A stretch of DNA of 32,000 bases, taken from positions 60,001 to 92,000 of the forward strand of contig JBAZRV010000001.1 of assembly GCA_041662745.1 (NCBI GenBank), read 5' to 3'. The translations under genes were made by a program, and so were the position numbers. This document shows positions 26,730 through 32,000 of the stretch, one piece after another. The first letter of the stretch is position 1. Every line of letters starts with the position of its first letter. A model generated the notes under the pieces. It did no database searches. It was not told the DNA's origin and was given only the letters and a program-made list of their open reading frames with translations. The DNA is from Patescibacteria group bacterium (lineage in GTDB: Bacteria; Patescibacteriota; Patescibacteriia; 2-01-FULL-39-33).

Positions 26730-27485
26730 TTATCTGATAAACAACCTGAACGCCCAACCCAATAAACTAAACCCCTTCTTGGCCGCGCCCAAAGAATTCT
26801 CAACTGCCGAACCGGCTTGTTCCAATATCTGTATTTGCTGAGCCAGCAGCTGCTGATCGCCCTGATTCGCCAATTGATCCTCAAGTTGATTTAATTGTTG
26901 AATCCGCTCGCGGTTTTGTTCCAATAATTTTTGCGCATTGTTTATTTCGCCGTAATTCGGACCGATGAAAAATTTAGCTAAGCCGCTTCTGCTCTGGACT
27001 TTTTCCAGGCTGGCTTCCAGTTTTTCCTGGTTTTGATTTTGTTCCTGCGCAATCACTCTTACCTGCTCACCGATTCCACCGTTTCTCTCCGCCACTTGCA
27101 ACAACTCCTGCACGGCATTAGCGACCTGGCTCCTTCTTTCTTGCGCAAGAGCAGAGCCGGGAATGTCTTCCTCCTCTGACTGCTCGGCTTGAGTTTGATT
27201 TTGATTTTTAACCTGTTCCCCCGCTTCACTGCCATCCTGCAACTGTTGCTGTGTTTGCTGTTGCGCCGGTTTTTCGGCATTTATCCCCGCCGTGTCCCCG
27301 CTTTGAGCCTGCTCATTATTCTGCGTTTCAATCTGGTCGTTTTCCCCCTGATTGGCGGTTTCGGTTTGTTGTTGATTTGGCTGGCTACCGGCGCCGGCAT
27401 TATCATCCTTGCCGGCCGCATAAGCATGGCTGGCGACAAGCAGAGCCATGCCTACGGCAACGGCGATTAGGCTTTTGTTTTTCAT
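26730..27485 (-). CDS. Secreted hypothetical protein, Q/N/E-rich with coiled-coil region
   Basis: Signal peptide MKNKSLIAVAVGMALLVASHAYA; start moved to the internal Met; low-complexity Q/N stretch then helical region. Confidence 0.65.
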   Translation of the reverse strand: MKNKSLIAVAVGMALLVASHAYAAGKDDNAGAGSQPNQQQTETANQGENDQIETQNNEQAQSGDTAGINAEKPAQQQTQQQLQDGSEAGEQVKNQNQTQAEQSEEEDIPGSALAQERRSQVANAVQELLQVAERNGGIGEQVRVIAQEQNQNQEKLEASLEKVQSRSGLAKFFIGPNYGEINNAQKLLEQNRERIQQLNQLEDQLANQGDQQLLAQQIQILEQAGSAVENSLGAAKKGFSLLGWAFRLFIR

Positions 27486-27657
27486 AGTTTTTTCTTTCTC
27501 TTCACCCAATGCTTAGCTTAAACCGAACATTGGGTTAAATTGATTAATAATCAATATTTGAATCCATTAAATAATCAATTCGTTATGTTAGAGTTTCTGA
27601 GTCCCGCTAAATATAGTTATAACAAAAAAGAAGGGTTTGCGCAAATAAAAATATCAT

Positions 27658-27686
27658 TTGACGGCTGTCCCGTCCCGTGCTAAAAT
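27658..27686 (+). promoter_or_regulatory. Promoter for 27749..28069
   Basis: TTGACG (27658-27663) - 17 nt - TAAAAT (27681-27686). Confidence 0.65.
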
Positions 27687-27748
27687 ATTTCAGTTAATCA
27701 GGCAAGGTTCAGCAATACGAGAGGCCAAAAACAGAGGAGGACAAGCAA

Positions 27749-28069
27749 ATGGCAGAGCCGTCCGTTGATCGTTTGATAAAGGATGCCCAGCGCGTCTTAA
27801 AGAACCCCTTTTGGATTCCTGAGCTGACGGTGGAACAAGTATTTGAAAGGATTCATGATGATCACGACGGAAAATTCACCGGCCGTTTAATGGTGCAATT
27901 TACGCGAGATGGAGACGCCTGGATTACAACGGATGGGCATCGCGGTCCGCCATTGCGCTTTAGAGCTCCTCTTGGCGGAGGAAGCAGTCCGAGAGTAAGG
28001 AATGCGCTGATGCTTTTGGCGTTAGCTATCAAGTTGGACAACCAAGAACGGCCGCAAGAGCCCGTTTAA
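27749..28069 (+). CDS. Conserved small hypothetical protein
   Basis: 106-aa ORF with strong SD (AGAGGAGG), good promoter and terminator. Confidence 0.75.
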   Translation: MAEPSVDRLIKDAQRVLKNPFWIPELTVEQVFERIHDDHDGKFTGRLMVQFTRDGDAWITTDGHRGPPLRFRAPLGGGSSPRVRNALMLLALAIKLDNQERPQEPV

Positions 28070-28100
28070 CGAACAGAACAAAAAAATTGAAGCACAACAA

Positions 28101-28127
28101 CGCCGGGAACAAGAAGTTCTCGGCGTA
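28101..28127 (+). terminator. Intrinsic terminator for 27749..28069
   Basis: ACGCCGGGAAC AAGAA GTTCTCGGCGT followed by a T-rich tract. Confidence 0.85.
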
Positions 28128-28193
28128 TTTTTATTTATTTAATTCGCAGTTTCGTTCAAAGCGCAACAGTCATTGTTCTCTCTGCCTAAAATC

Positions 28194-28340
28194 TTATTTG
28201 CCTTGTTTATCGGGGATAAAATAAATAAACCAAACAATCCAGACCAACCAAGCCATATCAAGCCAATCCTGAGTTAATATGCCGGGAATGCCAAGTAAAA
28301 ATAAAAATCCTAAAAATCCCAATGGCCATTTTTTTCTCAT
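28194..28340 (-). CDS. Small membrane protein, 48 aa, absent from the ORF track
   Basis: MRKKWPLGFLGFLFLLGIPGILTQDWLDMAWLVWIVWFIYFIPDKQGK*, hydrophobic, read directly from the sequence. Confidence 0.6.
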   Translation of the reverse strand: MRKKWPLGFLGFLFLLGIPGILTQDWLDMAWLVWIVWFIYFIPDKQGK

Positions 28341-28427
28341 AGATTATCTTTATTATTTATTGATGTAAAACTTGGCGGAGCAGTCGGGTTAAGCACTAAC
28401 AGAATGGGATTTGGCGTCTTTTACCCT

Positions 28428-28970
28428 CTATGCCGAGACGCTCGGATCAGCCTTCTCTATCAATAAATCACTATATGACACCGAAATAAGATCTGACTCC
28501 GGTATATCAAAAAGTTTAAGATATTCTTTGCATTGTTCAAGTAGCTTATTTTTTCCAATACTTCCATCTTCATCAATTGCTTCTATTTCCACGAACGTAC
28601 CAAGTTTTTCAACGGTATCAATGTGGAATTTTACATTCCCCATAAAATAAATCTCTCGTTTTTTGTCTACAATAGTTAATATGCCATTGGCATTAACTAA
28701 TATTAATTTAAGTGAGCTTTCTGGATCTGATTTGAACAAAATAACATCTGATTGTTTTGGACCTTCTTTATTTTCCCGTTCATAATAAACCAGATAATTT
28801 TCAATGTTTCCCTCTCGTAATTTTAACCTTCCGTGGTTAACTTTGAAATAAGTATCAATCTGATGATCAACCCCCCTAAAATCAGCATTGTTGGATTTCA
28901 GGAGTTCACGAACCTTTTCGTGATTATTTGATTTAGCTTTTATTTCAATGTTTATATGATTCATATGCAT
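28428..28970 (-). CDS. CYTH-domain protein (class IV adenylate cyclase/thiamine-triphosphatase-like)
   Basis: 180 aa; NIEIKAK N-terminal E-x-E-x-K motif, VDHQIDTYFKVNHGRLKLREG, TFVEIEAIDEDG. Confidence 0.85.
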   Translation of the reverse strand: MHMNHINIEIKAKSNNHEKVRELLKSNNADFRGVDHQIDTYFKVNHGRLKLREGNIENYLVYYERENKEGPKQSDVILFKSDPESSLKLILVNANGILTIVDKKREIYFMGNVKFHIDTVEKLGTFVEIEAIDEDGSIGKNKLLEQCKEYLKLFDIPESDLISVSYSDLLIEKADPSVSA

Positions 28971-28981
28971 GAGTCACTCCG

Positions 28982-29221
28982 ATGCTAATTTTTGGCGGTG
29001 ACGATGTCCCGAAGTTGGAACCGAAAACGGCTTATAGACGGCTCACTTTCTGGGCCCTTGATCCAATTATAAAGAATCTGAGACATATGCACAAAGAACA
29101 TCTCGAATGGTTTGAAGTGCCGAAGCCGAAGTCAGATAAGGGTAAAAATATGGTCGATTATTCAATCGATAATAAAAACAATGTTATTCTTTCTGTAGTC
29201 CAACCAAATCTTCTTGGTTAA
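28982..29221 (+). CDS. Hypothetical small ORF, possibly a remnant
   Basis: 79-aa ORF, 3' end overlaps the convergent ORF 29184..29810; no obvious SD. Confidence 0.3.
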   Translation: MLIFGGDDVPKLEPKTAYRRLTFWALDPIIKNLRHMHKEHLEWFEVPKPKSDKGKNMVDYSIDNKNNVILSVVQPNLLG

Positions 29222-29810
29222 TGTTTTTATCAAAATTCAATAATTTTGCGTCTGAAAAGAGTTTAATAATTCCAATACTATGCCACATCGTTAAATGTAT
29301 ATTTGGAATCAAAAATTCAAACTGTTGGTCGTCTGTTCTGTTAAGGTGCAACTTAAAGCTTTCATGATTTGGATGAACAAATCTACAAATCAGCTTATAT
29401 TTTTCTTCGTGGGTTTCTTTAAAATTTGGAGGTAAGAAACTATCCTTTATTTCGTCTTTAATTTCTTTAAGACTCCATTTCTTATTATTAAAAAATTCAT
29501 CGAGCCTACATAAAACCTGTTCTTCTGACGATCCTGAGAATATGTAAAAAACTTTTATATATAATTCATAGATATATCTATAAAGATAAATTGATAAAAA
29601 AATATCATTAGTAACAAGGCTATTCTCCATTGATACATTTAGAGAATACATTTTATTTAAAATACTTGAAGCAAAATACTCTTTTGGGTTATCTTTTCTA
29701 GTTACTGTTCCAAAATTAAAACCCGGTTTGATAATTTGATTGAACAAAACAATTTTATTTTGCAAGGAACTCTTCAAGATAACATTCTCTTTTTTTAAAA
29801 GATTATGCAT
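29184..29810 (-). CDS. Hypothetical protein, DUF5677-like helical protein (tentative)
   Basis: 208-aa AT-rich ORF; helical pattern, FVHPNHESFKLH. Confidence 0.55.
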   Translation of the reverse strand: MHNLLKKENVILKSSLQNKIVLFNQIIKPGFNFGTVTRKDNPKEYFASSILNKMYSLNVSMENSLVTNDIFLSIYLYRYIYELYIKVFYIFSGSSEEQVLCRLDEFFNNKKWSLKEIKDEIKDSFLPPNFKETHEEKYKLICRFVHPNHESFKLHLNRTDDQQFEFLIPNIHLTMWHSIGIIKLFSDAKLLNFDKNINQEDLVGLQKE

Positions 29811-29816
29811 AATTTA

Positions 29817-30362
29817 CTATAGTTCATATTTCCACCCCGGTTTCCACGCTTTTGTTTTTCTCCAATCTTCTGCAAGCGCTTGTTTCCAAGTTTTGCCTTT
29901 CAAGAGTACATCAAGGGCAAGTTGCGGTGCTTTGTGAGCGACGATAGCTACATGCTTACCTTCGTAGTTCTTTTTTAGAAATTCAAAGAAGTCTGCAACA
30001 CGAACTTTCACATCCTCGTAACTTTCACCTTCAGGAAAGGGATTTTCGATGCATTCTTCCTCCTGCATCGGTTCGACAATATTCGATGACGCACCGTTCA
30101 GCTTGCCGTAATTACATTCGCGAAGTCTCGCATCAGGAATGATTTGATATATACCTTCCCACGCAAGCTTTGCAGAATCATGAGCTCGCTTTAGGTCAGA
30201 ACAGAAAACCACATCAAATTTCTGGTCCTTGGTCTGATCTTTGAGCGCAACTGATTGCTGTGCTCCAAGCTCAGAAAGATCAACGTCCTTCCAGCCAGAG
30301 GAAATATGCTGTTCGTTGTCAGTTGTGGTTCCGTGTACGAAATAAGTAATTTTGATTGCCAT
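29817..30362 (-). CDS. Histidine phosphatase superfamily (phosphoglycerate mutase-like) protein with altered catalytic motif
   Basis: 181 aa; ITYFVHGTTTDNEQHISSGW, DVVFCSDLKRAHDSA, RECNYGKLNG, HVAIVAHKAPQLALD. Confidence 0.8.
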   Translation of the reverse strand: MAIKITYFVHGTTTDNEQHISSGWKDVDLSELGAQQSVALKDQTKDQKFDVVFCSDLKRAHDSAKLAWEGIYQIIPDARLRECNYGKLNGASSNIVEPMQEEECIENPFPEGESYEDVKVRVADFFEFLKKNYEGKHVAIVAHKAPQLALDVLLKGKTWKQALAEDWRKTKAWKPGWKYEL

Positions 30363-30365
30363 AAA

Positions 30366-30689
30366 TTATTCAACAGTTAGACGACAGACATTGAATCCAT
30401 CTTTGCTTTTACAACCAACCCCACACTCATAGTCACCGCGATCTAAATTAGGATCGCCCTTTGCGGTTGCAGAATCTTCCACCCAATCACGACAAGCCTG
30501 AACTGAACCGACATCTATTTCGCTTTCCCATTCGGTGAGATTATTGACGTCAGGATAATAGAAGGCATCCACTTTCTCCCATGGGGCATTACTATCTGCC
30601 CAAAAAATACCCGCCAAGAACCCCGGAGCAGCAGAAAGCACCCAAACTACGAGCACTACTCCTAAGATCCATTTAATAGCTGTTTTCAT
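30366..30689 (-). CDS. Hypothetical membrane-anchored small protein
   Basis: 107 aa; N-terminal TM, Cys-containing C-terminal half. Confidence 0.5.
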   Translation of the reverse strand: MKTAIKWILGVVLVVWVLSAAPGFLAGIFWADSNAPWEKVDAFYYPDVNNLTEWESEIDVGSVQACRDWVEDSATAKGDPNLDRGDYECGVGCKSKDGFNVCRLTVE

Positions 30690-30731
30690 ATGGTTATATG
30701 ACTGGCTTTAAAAAGTTCAAAGTTGCCAATC

Positions 30732-30822
30732 TGGCGGAGAGGGGGAGATTCGAACTCCCGAGGGGCTATAAACCCCTGCCGCTTTTCGAGAGCGGTACCT
30801 TCAACCACTCAGACACCTCTCC
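30732..30822 (-). tRNA. tRNA-Ser (anticodon CGA), CCA encoded
   Basis: Minus strand GGAGAGGTGTCTGAGTGGTTGAAGGTACCGCTCTCGAAAAGCGGCAGGGGTTTATAGCCCCTCGGGAGTTCGAATCTCCCCCTCTCCGCCA; anticodon stem CCGCT/AGCGG, long variable arm, GTTCGAATC T-loop. Confidence 0.97.
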
Positions 30823-30830
30823 AAAATAAA

Positions 30831-31970
30831 TCACTTCTTATACCTGATGTTTAAGGTTGATACGGCCAGAAGTATCCAAACCAATAAAGACAAGTCATTC
30901 TTAAAATAAGGCACGTCCACCAATCCATGGATCACGATTTCCAAAGCTACGGCCATAAAAACCACGCTGGCAATCTTATCAAACGGCCATTCCTGGCTGT
31001 AGCGCCAAACAATGGAAAAAATATTCTTCAGATTGTCATAAACAAACTTGCCCGCCAGCCACAAAAAAGCGCCGATACCCAAAACTCCGACTTCGCTCCA
31101 AAAATTAAACAGAATATTGTGCGGGTAAGGAAACACCTCAAACCAATGGGTATGATAAGGCAAAATAGAGGCCGGATAGCCGGCCAAACCGCCGCCGAAA
31201 AACCAATGATCCTTAAGCATCTGCCGGGTTTCGCCCCAGATTAACCGGCGGATAAAACCGGAGTAATCCTGCAAGGATACCTTTTGCCAAATCAAATCGC
31301 GCCAACCGCTGTTAAGCAGAACAATTGTAGCGGAAAAGACCAAAAATATCAAGGCATAGCCGCGGGAACGGCGGTTAAACAAAAGCAGTAAGAAACTGAC
31401 TGCTAAAACAGCCAGGATAGCGCCCTCTGATTGCGCCAAGACAATAACGCTGAAGCCGACGATAATAACCAGCCATTTCAGCCACTGTCGCTGGCGGTTG
31501 GACAGATAAAGCAACAGCGAATCTTGGTTGCGATAAAACAAAAAACCGACGAAGGCGATAATAATCGGCCCGAAAAACAAGCCCAGGGCGTTGGGGTAAC
31601 CATAAGTGCCGACCACCCGGTCAACGCTGCCGGTAGCGGTTAAAAACGCTTGGGGCACACCCCAACCGGTGAGTTTTTGCGCGTAACAAATCAGTCCCAT
31701 GTATAACACCGACAAGCCCAAACTCCAAAAAACCCCCTCTATCTGCCGGCGGACATCAACTAATGAAATCAAAATGAAATAAAACATGATCGGCTCCGCA
31801 AAATACGCTTTCCAGGCGCCTAAGGCCTTTAACGGCAGAGGCGAGACAAAAACCGCAATCGTAACAGCAATCAAAACCGCCAAGGCCGGATAAAACAAAG
31901 GATCGGATTTGATGACCGACCAATGGAAGTTCCTTTTCAATAAAACGACAATAAATAAAATCAGCACCAT
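30831..31970 (-). CDS. O-antigen ligase-like (Wzy/WaaL family) polytopic membrane protein; true start may lie beyond the window
   Basis: 379-aa ORF, multiple TM segments, YGYPNALGLFFG and PHNILFNFWSEVGVLGIGAFLW. Confidence 0.8.
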   Translation of the reverse strand: MVLILFIVVLLKRNFHWSVIKSDPLFYPALAVLIAVTIAVFVSPLPLKALGAWKAYFAEPIMFYFILISLVDVRRQIEGVFWSLGLSVLYMGLICYAQKLTGWGVPQAFLTATGSVDRVVGTYGYPNALGLFFGPIIIAFVGFLFYRNQDSLLLYLSNRQRQWLKWLVIIVGFSVIVLAQSEGAILAVLAVSFLLLLFNRRSRGYALIFLVFSATIVLLNSGWRDLIWQKVSLQDYSGFIRRLIWGETRQMLKDHWFFGGGLAGYPASILPYHTHWFEVFPYPHNILFNFWSEVGVLGIGAFLWLAGKFVYDNLKNIFSIVWRYSQEWPFDKIASVVFMAVALEIVIHGLVDVPYFKNDLSLLVWILLAVSTLNIRYKK

Positions 31971-32000
31971 TGCCTCCAGCCAAGTAAAAGGAATGGTAAA

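Overview
This 32-kb window looks like a chromosomal segment of a Candidate Phyla Radiation (Patescibacteria) bacterium. That placement is an inference from gene content: tandem T4SS-type pilins, LemA, HtpX, RNase Y, YmdB, a bifunctional PGI/PMI and many small membrane ORFs of unknown function. Housekeeping content includes phosphomannomutase, HD protein, Trm9/ALKBH8-like methyltransferase, Elp3-like radical SAM protein, secreted beta-helix protein, HU, YmdB, HtpX, LemA, RNase Y, ClpP, NrnA-like DHH, PGI/PMI, five tandem pilin-like ORFs, a solute-binding lipoprotein, a three-gene operon ending in a 1056-aa membrane protein, DUF3850/ASCH-like and CYTH proteins, a histidine-phosphatase-like protein, tRNA-Ser(CGA) and an O-antigen-ligase-like protein. 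The observations most worth following up are: (1) two ~245-aa paralogs whose C-termini contain an 84-nt segment only ~52% identical, followed by a near-invariant 3' flank; 14 of the 18 amino-acid-changing codons are NNY in both copies, resembling diversity-generating-retroelement (DGR) variable regions, though no reverse transcriptase or template repeat is seen here; (2) these paralogs and one other accessory gene share consensus TTGACA-N17-TATAAT promoters and a leader motif, with a weaker leader resemblance in a fourth gene; (3) two accessory genes sit between lemA and htpX, one bracketed by identical 24-nt terminator arms; (4) an Elp3-like gene lies near a Trm9-like methyltransferase, suggesting a eukaryote-like wobble-uridine modification pair. 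All assignments are by eye from sequence. No database search was run.
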